Both the position numbers and the translations under genes were made by a program. Below the pieces are notes generated by a model. The model made no database searches and was not told the origin of the DNA. It saw nothing but the letters and a program-made list of their open reading frames with translations. A stretch of 36,121 nucleotides of DNA. It comes from Alphaproteobacteria bacterium (GTDB taxonomy: Bacteria; Patescibacteriota; Minisyncoccia; Phycocordibacterales; JABAAK01). Position 1 is the stretch's first letter; every line of letters begins with the position of its first letter. Below are positions 9,710 to 18,782 of the stretch, in pieces. The DNA is taken from positions 170,663-206,783 of the forward strand of contig JASGCN010000001.1 in NCBI GenBank assembly GCA_030054135.1, read 5' to 3'.

Positions 9710-10903
9710 GTGGTTAATCAATTCTTTATTTATATTTTTGTAGTGCAGATAATAATCTTTATTGTCCATTTTTTGATATTTCGATTCTTTGTTTGGGTTT
9801 TTCAACCACAAAAAAAATATAAGTATCTATTGGGTGTTGTGATAACAGTTCATTCCCTTCTTTTCTTTTTTGCCATGGCATTTTTTCGTAATATAGAACC
9901 GACAGCTATAACAGATGGATATGTCACATACGCGTCTATATGGTTCGGAGCAGTGCTTATTTTTTTCTTTTATATTATTCCTTTGATATTTATTTTCTAT
10001 GTGGGCTCAAAAATACTCAATGTATGTGGGTATAAAAAAATAAAACTTCATCGTTCATTCGGGGTTGCTCTTGTACTAGTTTGGATTCTACTTAATGTAT
10101 ATGGGGTGTATCATTCATTTCAACTTCGCATAACATCGTATATGTATGACATTACACAAAACAAAGGGTTAGTTAATTCGTTTGAAAATTTTGACATTGA
10201 AGATGTACATGTTATTGCAATTGCAGATACGCACATTGGAGCAATACGAGGTAAAAAATCATTTACAAAAGTGGTAGAGACAATTGAAGCAATGCAAAGC
10301 CCTCCAGATTTTATTTTTCTTATTGGGGATATTTTTGATGGGGTAAAAATAAAAGAAAGTGATTTTCTTCCACTTCTCCATAGAATCACTTCTCTGGCTC
10401 CAACGTATTATGTGAATGGCAATCACGAAGCGTGGCAAAATCCTTATTTTGAATCTATTATTAAAAAATCAAAGATTACTTTATTGAGTGATGAAGTAGT
10501 AGATGTGGGTGTAGTACAATTAGCAGGACTTGAATATATTGACAGTCGTCAAACATCAAAAAAAGATCAGTACACTGCATTAAAAAAGGCAATCAAAAAA
10601 GTTTCAAGCCAAACCATAAAACCAACAATATATATTAAACACACCCCTGACAACGCAGAAACAATTCAGGAGGATAAAAATGCATTTCTTTCAATTTTTG
10701 GGCACACCCACAATGGACAAATGTTTCCGTATATGTATGCAGTACGATCGCGATATGGGGAATACAGGTACGGTCTATTTAAACCACAAGGAAAAGATAA
10801 TTATTTCACATCAATTACAACCTCTGGTGCAGGAACATGGGGGCCTCCACAGCGAATCGGTACTCAGACTGAAATAGTATCTATTATTTTAAAAAAGAAA
10901 TAA
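9710..10903 (+). CDS. Membrane-bound calcineurin-like metallophosphoesterase (YkuE/YaeI type)
   Basis: 4 N-terminal TM, DTHIG, GDIFD, GNHE, HTP, GHTHNGQ, GAGTWGPPQR; GTG start at 9710 inferred from a -10 box 6 nt upstream. Confidence 0.88.
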   Translation: MVNQFFIYIFVVQIIIFIVHFLIFRFFVWVFQPQKKYKYLLGVVITVHSLLFFFAMAFFRNIEPTAITDGYVTYASIWFGAVLIFFFYIIPLIFIFYVGSKILNVCGYKKIKLHRSFGVALVLVWILLNVYGVYHSFQLRITSYMYDITQNKGLVNSFENFDIEDVHVIAIADTHIGAIRGKKSFTKVVETIEAMQSPPDFIFLIGDIFDGVKIKESDFLPLLHRITSLAPTYYVNGNHEAWQNPYFESIIKKSKITLLSDEVVDVGVVQLAGLEYIDSRQTSKKDQYTALKKAIKKVSSQTIKPTIYIKHTPDNAETIQEDKNAFLSIFGHTHNGQMFPYMYAVRSRYGEYRYGLFKPQGKDNYFTSITTSGAGTWGPPQRIGTQTEIVSIILKKK

Positions 10904-10940
10904 TATTTTTGTATCACACATAAGAGGTTATACTGTAGCT

Positions 10941-12248
10941 ATGAAACAAAGTAGTATCCCAATACATACAAGAAAGGAAGCCCCAACCGATGAACAATCA
11001 AAAAATGCACGTCTACTACTTCGCAATGGTTTTTTAAATAAACATGCATCAGGAGTGTATGAATTTTTACCATTAGGACTTAGATCATTAAATAAAATAA
11101 TAAATATTATTCGAGAGGAGATGAATATGTTAGGGGCACAAGAGGTATTACTTTCAGCATTACAAAATCCAGAAATTTGGAAAAAAACATCTCGATGGTC
11201 AGGGGATACTGATGAAGTGTGGTTTAAAACATCTCTTAATTCTCCACAAGTTGCATCCGAAGACACAAGGAAAAAAGAAAAAAAAACAGGAGGTAGCGAA
11301 TTAGGATTAGGGTTTACTCATGAAGAGCCAATCACATCACTCATGGCAACACACATTTCTTCATATCAACATCTACCATGTTCTTTGTATCAGTTTCAAA
11401 CAAAATTTCGAAACGAGGCACGAGCAAAGTCAGGTATTATGCGAACCCGAGAGTTTATCATGAAAGATTTATATTCATTTGCAAAAAATAAAGAAGAGCA
11501 CAATGTGTTTTACGAAAAAGTTGCAAGTGCCTATATGCGTATTTTTGAACGAATTGGTTTTAAAGATAGGGTGTATCGTACCTATGCGTCTGGTGGATTA
11601 TTTTCAGAGTTTAGTGATGAGTTTCAAGTAGTATGCGATGCAGGGGAAGATGTTATTTATATTTCTGATAAAAAAAATATCGCCCTCAACAAAGAAGTTT
11701 ACACTGATGCAGTTATTAAAAAATTAGGTATTGATGTATCTGATTTACGAGAAGCAAAAGCAACTGAAGTTGGAAACATCTTTACATTAGGAACGCGTTT
11801 TTCTGAAGCTCTTGAATGTTTCTATACCAACGAACAAGGAGAACGTGTTCCTGTGTTTATGGGATCATACGGCATTGGTCCTGCGCGTATACTTGGAACA
11901 TTAATTGAGTTATATGCAAGTGATTCAAACATGTGTTTCCCAGAATCAGTTTCCCCATACACGGTGCATATTATTGAACTTGAAGGAGGAAAAGAAGTTG
12001 CGCAGAGTTTGTACGAATTGCTCATTAATCAAAAAGTTGATGTTCTCTATGATGACAGATCGGTGCGTGCAGGAGAAAAATTTGCAGACGCAGACATTAT
12101 AGGTATCCCACATAGAATGATAGTTTCAACCAAGAGTATTAATGAAGGGGGAATTGAATATACAGACAGAATCACTGAAGAAACTCAAAATCTTAGTCCA
12201 CAAGATGCAGTTGCAAAAGCACGAGAAGTGATTCAATATGTCAAATAA
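10941..12248 (+). CDS. proS: Proline-tRNA ligase, short form
   Basis: THEE, YQFQTKFRNEAR, MRTREFIMKDLYSF, EVGNIF.LG, MGSYGIG, GEKFADAD. Confidence 0.95.
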   Translation: MKQSSIPIHTRKEAPTDEQSKNARLLLRNGFLNKHASGVYEFLPLGLRSLNKIINIIREEMNMLGAQEVLLSALQNPEIWKKTSRWSGDTDEVWFKTSLNSPQVASEDTRKKEKKTGGSELGLGFTHEEPITSLMATHISSYQHLPCSLYQFQTKFRNEARAKSGIMRTREFIMKDLYSFAKNKEEHNVFYEKVASAYMRIFERIGFKDRVYRTYASGGLFSEFSDEFQVVCDAGEDVIYISDKKNIALNKEVYTDAVIKKLGIDVSDLREAKATEVGNIFTLGTRFSEALECFYTNEQGERVPVFMGSYGIGPARILGTLIELYASDSNMCFPESVSPYTVHIIELEGGKEVAQSLYELLINQKVDVLYDDRSVRAGEKFADADIIGIPHRMIVSTKSINEGGIEYTDRITEETQNLSPQDAVAKAREVIQYVK

Positions 12249-12837
12249 TCAAGAGGGCGTAAAGCAATTTTTTGTAGCATTTGATGGAGAAATGTCCGGA
12301 CTTCATTTATATGATTCTCAAATGATTTCGTGCGGAGCTATTTTTCTAGATGCCGACCAAAATGAAATAGAACGATGTGAATGGTTGATAAATTACGATC
12401 AAACACAGTTTTCACATTGGGACGAAGAGTCAGCACTCATTCATCGCATTCCTCTTGATCAAGCCCGCACGCACGGTATTCAAGTTGAAGGATTTTTGAA
12501 TGAGTTTCACAAAAAAATTGTAAAACATTACGGTTGGGGGCAGGGGCAGCGAGTTCATTTTATTGGGGCAAATGCATATTTTGATTTTCTTATTTTTGAA
12601 AATATGTGGAGAAAATATCGATCCGATCCATGTATCATATCGTACAGAACGGTTGATTTAAGCAGTTTAGGATTTTTATTAGTTGGATCTGCAGGACTTT
12701 CTTCACTTGCTAAAAAATTAGGTGTGCCACTTGATGAAGAAAAAAAACACAATGCAATGTATGACACAAACCTTCATTTTGAAGTATATAAAAAATTAAA
12801 AGCGCTTGTTCCAAAAAGTGCTGAAGAGAATTCTTGA
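12238..12837 (+). CDS. DEDDh 3'-5' exonuclease (DnaQ/oligoribonuclease-like)
   Basis: ExoI DGEMSG, ExoII NAYFD, ExoIII HNAMYD; overlaps the proS stop. Confidence 0.82.
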   Translation: MSNNQEGVKQFFVAFDGEMSGLHLYDSQMISCGAIFLDADQNEIERCEWLINYDQTQFSHWDEESALIHRIPLDQARTHGIQVEGFLNEFHKKIVKHYGWGQGQRVHFIGANAYFDFLIFENMWRKYRSDPCIISYRTVDLSSLGFLLVGSAGLSSLAKKLGVPLDEEKKHNAMYDTNLHFEVYKKLKALVPKSAEENS

Positions 12838-12861
12838 CTATAGTTCAAAAGCAAGTATAAT
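12834..12861 (+). promoter_or_regulatory. Sigma70-type promoter of ahpC
   Basis: TTGACT (12834-39), 16 nt, TATAAT (12856-61), 7 nt, ATG. Confidence 0.7.
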
Positions 12862-12868
12862 TGGATAT

Positions 12869-13471
12869 ATGAATTGTTGCTCACCCCACAATCACGATCA
12901 CTCTGAAAAGGCAATGGTTGGCGCAAAAGTGCCTGAGATGGCTTTTCAAGTTTTTCACGATGGAGATATTAAAGATGTTTCTACCAAAAAATATAAAGGG
13001 AAGTGGTTGGTAGTATTTTTTTATCCAGCAGACTTTACCTTCGTCTGCCCTACAGAATTAGGAGAGCTCGCACATTTTTATAAAGATTTCAAAAAAGAAG
13101 GAGTGGAAATTCTTTCTGCTTCAACTGATACGGCATTTGCACATAAAATGTGGCATGACACTTCTGAAACAATTAAAACTATAGAGTTTCCAATGGCAGC
13201 AGATAACAAACATATTCTTACTAATTATTTTAATGTATGGAACGAAGAAGAAGGTATGTGTAACAGAGGGACATTCCTTATTGATCCAGATGGGATCATT
13301 AAAGCAATTGAAATACATGATAATTCAATTGGAAGATCTGCAAAAGAGCTTTTGCGTAAGGTTCGAGCTGCAAAATTTGTAGCAAGTCATCCAGGAAATG
13401 TATGTCCTGCAGGATGGGATGTGGGCGATGATACTTTAAAACCAGGAACAAAACTTATCGGCAAGATATAA
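12869..13471 (+). CDS. ahpC: 2-Cys peroxiredoxin AhpC
   Basis: FFYPADFTFVCPTE, RGTFLIDPDG, GRS, resolving VCPAGW. Confidence 0.95.
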   Translation: MNCCSPHNHDHSEKAMVGAKVPEMAFQVFHDGDIKDVSTKKYKGKWLVVFFYPADFTFVCPTELGELAHFYKDFKKEGVEILSASTDTAFAHKMWHDTSETIKTIEFPMAADNKHILTNYFNVWNEEEGMCNRGTFLIDPDGIIKAIEIHDNSIGRSAKELLRKVRAAKFVASHPGNVCPAGWDVGDDTLKPGTKLIGKI

Positions 13472-13496
13472 TGTGCTATACTAAAAATATATAAGT

Positions 13497-13832
13497 ATGA
13501 ATGAACCTATTCAGTGTATACAATGTGGGGCATCTATCACCTCCAAACCAAAAGTAAGATTGTCTGGATTTAGAATTGTGACATGCGAAGTGTGTAAATA
13601 TGAACAAATGATTCCGTTTTCTCGTGGGATTAAAAGTGCGTACTACATACTTATAATTATTTTTGTTGTACTATTTTTACGAGGAATATTTTTTGATCAC
13701 ATTTCTTTTGCACTCGTTCCGTACTCACTACTCTTCCTCATTAGTGCGTATTTCTTGTTTAAAAATAAATATTTGACCTATCAATTAAAAAATAGACACC
13801 TTAATCATATTGTTCAAAATAAGAAGAAGTAA
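13497..13832 (+). CDS. Hypothetical zinc-ribbon plus 2-TM protein
   Basis: CIQC...CEVC followed by two hydrophobic helices. Confidence 0.65.
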   Translation: MNEPIQCIQCGASITSKPKVRLSGFRIVTCEVCKYEQMIPFSRGIKSAYYILIIIFVVLFLRGIFFDHISFALVPYSLLFLISAYFLFKNKYLTYQLKNRHLNHIVQNKKK

Positions 13833-13834
13833 TT

Positions 13835-14440
13835 ATGGTGCACGCACTTTTGTGTTCGGCTGGTTTTCAAGGAACAAAAGTTGAAACGTTTTTTAAAGAA
13901 CTATGTCGGAGTAATAATTATACACGAAGTTGCATTATTACTACCGCCCATCCTAAAAAAGAAAAAGCTCACTGGATGCAACACACGCATGCACAATTTA
14001 ATATGTGGGGCATTGCTTCGTGTTTTATTGATATTGAAAAAGGTGAAACTATTCCAGAGGTGGATGTTGTTTTTGTTGGCGGGGGGAATACATTTACCCT
14101 TATGAAATATGTCTCTCAATATAATATTAAAAGTAATCTTACCCGTCTTTTTGAGCGAGGGGGGTTGTATGTCGGATCTTCTGCGGGAGCAATTATTTTA
14201 TCTCCAACTATAGAGAGTGCAGGAGAAATTATTCCAAAAGACAAAAATACTATTGGATTAGTTGATCTCAAAGGGCTTGCCATGGTTCCATTTCATATTC
14301 ACCCACACACAACGGAAAACCAAATGGAAAGTATTGAATCTTTTAGAAAGACAAAATCAGACCCATTGGTATGCCTTAAAGATGGAGAAGCGGTGTATAT
14401 ACACAATGAATTTAAGCAATATATTGGAACTGTTGGATAG
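13835..14440 (+). CDS. Peptidase family S51 (dipeptidase E-like)
   Basis: VGGGNTFTL, nucleophile GSSAGA, IHPH. Confidence 0.85.
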   Translation: MVHALLCSAGFQGTKVETFFKELCRSNNYTRSCIITTAHPKKEKAHWMQHTHAQFNMWGIASCFIDIEKGETIPEVDVVFVGGGNTFTLMKYVSQYNIKSNLTRLFERGGLYVGSSAGAIILSPTIESAGEIIPKDKNTIGLVDLKGLAMVPFHIHPHTTENQMESIESFRKTKSDPLVCLKDGEAVYIHNEFKQYIGTVG

Positions 14441-14529
14441 GTACCCCCATGGATTCATACATAGATGGCATTAAAACTATATTTCGTATGCTATACTTAG
14501 GTATAGTTATATAATTATAAGAAAATAAT

Positions 14530-15330
14530 ATGTTTATCAAACCATTTCCATTATTTAGTGTTGCATTCGAAAAATACAAGAGCAATGCTTCTGTATTTTT
14601 CCTTCTTGCTTTTATTCCGACGTGCGCAACTCTTATTGCTGAACTCGGATTTATATATTTTGGAAACTTTCAGAGTATTTTTTCAACAGGTGTGGGGAAA
14701 ATTTTGTCAATTGCATTGGTAGCTTTGTATATTGTTCTTTTTGTATTTACAACACTCGTATCAAAAATATTTATCGTAGATCCAAAAACAAATTTTAAAA
14801 AAGCAAGCGGTCGAGCAACTGAAATTGGATTCGCGTGGGTTCTTGTTTTTATACTTACATGGCTAGCTGTTGTCGGGAGTTCTTTCTTGTTTCTTATTCC
14901 TGGTCTTATACTTTTCATGTACACATTGTTTGCTGAATATGCAATATTAAAAGACAACAAACACGGCATTCAGGCATTAGCTCACAGCTGGTCTATTGTT
15001 TCAAATAAATGGTGGAATATGTTTTGGTGTTTTGTATTATTTACTACTGCAATAATTATTCTTAATGGAGTATTTGTGTTTATTATAGAATATATTGCTG
15101 GGTTTTCTTTTGTTTGGGAAAGTGTTATCGCATCTACACTTGCAATATTTTTAAGCCAAGCAATTCTTCTCCCATATAGCGGGCATTATTTTTACAGTTT
15201 GTATACTGAATTATCAAAATCAGCAAAAGTGCCTATAAAAAAAGTTCAACACAGAAGAGAAATAATTCTAAAAGGAGCAATGGTTGTATTTTTGGTGGGA
15301 GTTGTTTTATTCTTTTATATCTTCTCTTAA
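14530..15330 (+). CDS. Hypothetical polytopic membrane protein
   Basis: About 6-7 TM; LIPGL..F...AL..SW..V..KWW pattern. Confidence 0.75.
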   Translation: MFIKPFPLFSVAFEKYKSNASVFFLLAFIPTCATLIAELGFIYFGNFQSIFSTGVGKILSIALVALYIVLFVFTTLVSKIFIVDPKTNFKKASGRATEIGFAWVLVFILTWLAVVGSSFLFLIPGLILFMYTLFAEYAILKDNKHGIQALAHSWSIVSNKWWNMFWCFVLFTTAIIILNGVFVFIIEYIAGFSFVWESVIASTLAIFLSQAILLPYSGHYFYSLYTELSKSAKVPIKKVQHRREIILKGAMVVFLVGVVLFFYIFS

Positions 15331-15390
15331 AGATATAGATATACAGCAGGCAATGTACTATTACCAGTGCGATGTGTACAATAAGATGGT

Positions 15391-16827
15391 ATGACTAATG
15401 TAGAGACTCCAAGTAATGTTGATTTTAAAGACAGAGTGCTTATAAAAGACCTTGTATCGCATGTTGATAAAAATGTGTCTGTGTGTGGGTGGCTTTCAGT
15501 GCGTAGAGATCAAGGAAAGCTTATCTTTGTTGATATACGTGATCACACAGGATCTGTACAAGGTGTGGTACTTCCTGAATCAAAATCACAAGAAATAGCA
15601 AAAACAATTCGTCCTGAATGGGTGCTTGCAGTTGTTGGGAAAGTGCATACACGTCCTGAACGTAATCAAAAAAAAGAAATACTCAATGGAACCCTCGAAT
15701 TAGAAATTGAAAAAATTGTTGTTCTTAACCAAGCACATACACCAGCATTTGAAATTGATAGTGATGGAAAAGAAATAAACGAAGAAGTGCGTCTCGAACA
15801 TAGATACCTTGATTTACGTCGTCCACGTTTGCAAAACACATTAAAAAAAAGACACGAGATGATGCAATGTATACGAGCATTCTATACAAAAAATGATTTT
15901 TGGGAAATTGATACTCCAATTCTTACCAATCCAACACCGGAGGGGAGTAGAGATTTTGTTGTGCCGTCTCGCCTTCATCCGGGAAACATATATGCGCTTC
16001 CTCAGTCTCCACAACAATACAAACAAATTTTAATGGCATCTGGTGTGCCACGATATTTTCAAATCGCTCGATGTTTTAGAGATGAAGATACTCGTGGAGA
16101 CAGACAACCAGAGTTTACCCAAATTGATATGGAAATGAGTTTTGTTACTGAAGAGGATGTGATGCGCGTCAACGAAGCATTAGTGCTTGAATTAGTTTCA
16201 GTTCTTTACCCGAATAAAAAAGTGTCTCTATCTCCAATCCCTCGATACACATACGCTGAATGTATGGAGAAATATAAGAGTGACAAACCAGACATTCGGG
16301 TTAATAAAAATAATCCAGACGAACTTGCATTTTGTTGGGTAATAAAGTTTCCCATGTTTGAAAAAACAGATAAAGGAGAATGGACTTTCACACACAATCC
16401 ATTTTCTGCTCCAGTAACTGAACATATTGAAGATGTACTACAGGCAAAAAATATAAAAGATATTATCGCTACACAATATGACCTAGTATTAAATGGATAC
16501 GAAATAGGAGGAGGAAGTATTCGAAGTCACACTAAAGAAATGCTTGTGGCAGTGTTTCATATTATGGGGTACTCAGACGAACGCATTGAAAAAGAATTTG
16601 GACACATGTTGCAAGCATTAGGATCAGGAACTCCACCGCATGGAGGTTTCGCATTCGGCTTTGATCGGCTACTTATGATTTTACAAGGAGAACCTAACAT
16701 TCGAGAGGTAATTCCATTTGCAAAAACTGGAGAAGGGCGAGACGTGCTTATGCATGCGCCTGCGCAGCCAACTGTAGAACAACTCATTGATGCACACATT
16801 ACATTTAAAAAAAATAAAATCGAATAA
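15391..16827 (+). CDS. aspS: Aspartate-tRNA ligase, short form, probably non-discriminating
   Basis: OB-fold GW..RRD.G..FVDIRD, RYLDLRR, ALPQSPQ, QIARCFRDED.RGDRQPEFTQIDME, PPHGG.A.GFDR. Confidence 0.95.
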   Translation: MTNVETPSNVDFKDRVLIKDLVSHVDKNVSVCGWLSVRRDQGKLIFVDIRDHTGSVQGVVLPESKSQEIAKTIRPEWVLAVVGKVHTRPERNQKKEILNGTLELEIEKIVVLNQAHTPAFEIDSDGKEINEEVRLEHRYLDLRRPRLQNTLKKRHEMMQCIRAFYTKNDFWEIDTPILTNPTPEGSRDFVVPSRLHPGNIYALPQSPQQYKQILMASGVPRYFQIARCFRDEDTRGDRQPEFTQIDMEMSFVTEEDVMRVNEALVLELVSVLYPNKKVSLSPIPRYTYAECMEKYKSDKPDIRVNKNNPDELAFCWVIKFPMFEKTDKGEWTFTHNPFSAPVTEHIEDVLQAKNIKDIIATQYDLVLNGYEIGGGSIRSHTKEMLVAVFHIMGYSDERIEKEFGHMLQALGSGTPPHGGFAFGFDRLLMILQGEPNIREVIPFAKTGEGRDVLMHAPAQPTVEQLIDAHITFKKNKIE

Positions 16828-16843
16828 TATATAATAACAATGT

Positions 16844-17011
16844 ATGACAGAAGATGCATATCAGTCTATTCAAGATTTTATTATTCAAAATAAAGACACA
16901 GATGCTTTTGTATTAATTGTGAGTATTGCATGTATTGTTGGAATTATAGCGACACTCTACATTGGGGTACTTTTATACACTTCTTTCAAAAAAACGAATA
17001 ATGATACCTAA
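16844..17011 (+). CDS. 55-aa single-TM microprotein (absent from ORF track)
   Basis: MTEDAYQSIQDFIIQNKDTDAFVLIVSIACIVGIIATLYIGVLLYTSFKKTNNDT*; fills the gap, TATAAT 8 nt upstream, ends 3 nt before the next ATG. Confidence 0.7.
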   Translation: MTEDAYQSIQDFIIQNKDTDAFVLIVSIACIVGIIATLYIGVLLYTSFKKTNNDT

Positions 17012-17014
17012 TGT

Positions 17015-18472
17015 ATGTTAACTACACCATATTATATTAAAATATTATATGTGTTTACAGTGTGGTTTTCTTTTGTGTCTTTCGCACACGCTGATTTACG
17101 TATTACAGAGATTATGTATGACCCTCCAAATACCTTAGGAACAGACGCAGTGGCTGAATATATAGAAATTATAAATACTAGTGAAACCCCTGTAACCATC
17201 ACAAGCGACTATAAATTATCATTAGGCACATTAAAATCTCTTACCTCTTATAAAGGTGGAACAGTCATCCCTCCAAAAGCAGTTGCATATATTGTAGACA
17301 ATGGATCAACATTCCCTAAAACATCAGAGGTGTCTATAGTTTTTAATGCTACATTTTCTCTTGTAAACACTGGCACTACAGTTTCTCTTATGAATGGTAC
17401 ACAAACACTTCATACTGTTACATATTCACCCATGACACAAACAAATGGAAATGGGCATTCACTGCATATTTCAGCATCTGGTGTGATAACATCAGCAGAG
17501 CCAACATGGAACACACAAACATTTGAAAGTACTTCAGTTTCTTCTGGAAATACACAAGCCATTTCTTCTGGCGGTGGTGGAATAATATATACTCCTTCAT
17601 TTGCATTAGAATCGATACCATCTATTATCCTCGCGGGAACCGAAGTTCCGTTTTTATTAAAAAGAAAATACTCTCAAATGAATAGAGAAGATCCAGAATA
17701 TGCAATATGGAATTTTGGTGATGGAAAAACTACGAAAGGTTTTGCAGTAACACATACCTATATGCATCCAGGAGAATATGTAGTTGCGGCTACTCGGGCA
17801 GGCAGCAATGATGCAGGGACGCCCGATGTGTATACTCAAAAAGTACATGTTGTTGATCCATCATTTACATTAAATAATATCTCTCCCACGGTAATGAAAA
17901 TCACAAACAACGCAACAGTAAAAATTAATATGAGTGGCTGGAAAATCCTTTCAGATTATTACGAATATATATTTCCAGCGCACACATACATTGATGCTCG
18001 CGCAAGTATTGTGATAGATACTGAAGTTGCATTAATTACTCCTATTTCATTATTGAGTAACAAAAATTATGAAATGGCATCTCTCAAGTCTATCCAAATA
18101 CCTCCTTCTCGTGTAATATCAAAACCTGTGTCTAGCGCCAGAGAATCAACAAAGATACAAAAACCAATAGTATCATTAACTACTACGCCGATACTATTTA
18201 CAGAACAATTAACTGATGCACAAAAAACAACTCAAATAACAGATGATAAAAAGCGCAATTTTACAAAACCTACTTCGCGTACAATCATATTGTGGGGTAT
18301 ATTATTTACAGCTCTTTTAGTACTTGTGAGTGCGCTGTTGTATAGCATTAGTAGAAAAAAACATTCAACTGAAAAATTACAAAAAACTAAAAAAAAGAAT
18401 ATTAAGAATAATGATAATTCTAATGTTGATGAAAAAAATGAAAATAAAAATAATTTTGATATTTTTTATTAA
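17015..18472 (+). CDS. Surface protein: signal peptide, lamin-tail domain, PKD domain, second LTD-like region, C-terminal TM anchor
   Basis: AHA/DLRITEIMYDP..EYIEIIN (LTD), WNFGDG..HTYMHPGEY (PKD), NMSGWKI, TM followed by a basic tail. Confidence 0.8.
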   Translation: MLTTPYYIKILYVFTVWFSFVSFAHADLRITEIMYDPPNTLGTDAVAEYIEIINTSETPVTITSDYKLSLGTLKSLTSYKGGTVIPPKAVAYIVDNGSTFPKTSEVSIVFNATFSLVNTGTTVSLMNGTQTLHTVTYSPMTQTNGNGHSLHISASGVITSAEPTWNTQTFESTSVSSGNTQAISSGGGGIIYTPSFALESIPSIILAGTEVPFLLKRKYSQMNREDPEYAIWNFGDGKTTKGFAVTHTYMHPGEYVVAATRAGSNDAGTPDVYTQKVHVVDPSFTLNNISPTVMKITNNATVKINMSGWKILSDYYEYIFPAHTYIDARASIVIDTEVALITPISLLSNKNYEMASLKSIQIPPSRVISKPVSSARESTKIQKPIVSLTTTPILFTEQLTDAQKTTQITDDKKRNFTKPTSRTIILWGILFTALLVLVSALLYSISRKKHSTEKLQKTKKKNIKNNDNSNVDEKNENKNNFDIFY

Positions 18473-18485
18473 TGGTATAAAAAAG

Positions 18486-18524
18486 TTATCCACATACAAC
18501 ACTGAAATGCATAATATATCCACA
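18486..18524 (+). promoter_or_regulatory. Two co-oriented DnaA boxes
   Basis: TTATCCACA at 18486-94 (perfect) and ATATCCACA at 18516-24 (1 mismatch), 30 bp apart, upstream of TATAAT at 18534-39. Confidence 0.6.
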
Positions 18525-18544
18525 AATCAAGTTTATAATTAAGT

Positions 18545-18566
18545 AAGACCTACTGTCTTAGGTCTT
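18545..18566 (+). promoter_or_regulatory. Hairpin at predicted transcript 5' end
   Basis: AAGACCTA-ctgtct-TAGGTCTT starting 5 nt after TATAAT. Confidence 0.55.
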
Positions 18567-18591
18567 TACATTAATTTTTTCCAAAAATCAT

Positions 18592-18684
18592 ATGATGAAA
18601 AAGAGAAAAGCTATGAAGAAGACTACAAAAAAAACTACAAAAAGAAAAGCTACTAAAAAGAAATCTTCTTCAAAACGTAAATAA
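18592..18684 (+). CDS. 30-aa extremely basic microprotein (histone-H1/protamine-like)
   Basis: MMKKRKAMKKTTKKTTKRKATKKKSSSKRK*; 17/30 K+R, no acidic residue; own promoter and terminator. Confidence 0.65.
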   Translation: MMKKRKAMKKTTKKTTKRKATKKKSSSKRK

Positions 18685-18719
18685 TTAAACTAGTTTAATT
18701 GTTTTTTTGAATACAGTAC

Positions 18720-18758
18720 GCAAAAGCGCTCTCATATGAGAGCGCTTTTGCTGTTTTG
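18720..18758 (+). terminator. Intrinsic terminator formed by a perfect 32-bp palindrome
   Basis: GCAAAAGCGCTCTCAT|ATGAGAGCGCTTTTGC (18720-51) followed by TGTTTTG. Confidence 0.8.
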
Positions 18759-18782
18759 TATATAATAATGCTATTATAAATT

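Noticed and set aside
18400-18600. Replication origin (DnaA boxes next to AT-rich DNA)
   Set aside because: Only two boxes, no dnaA/dnaN nearby, no switch in gene orientation, and the AT-rich part is largely coding; not fully excluded without whole-genome GC skew
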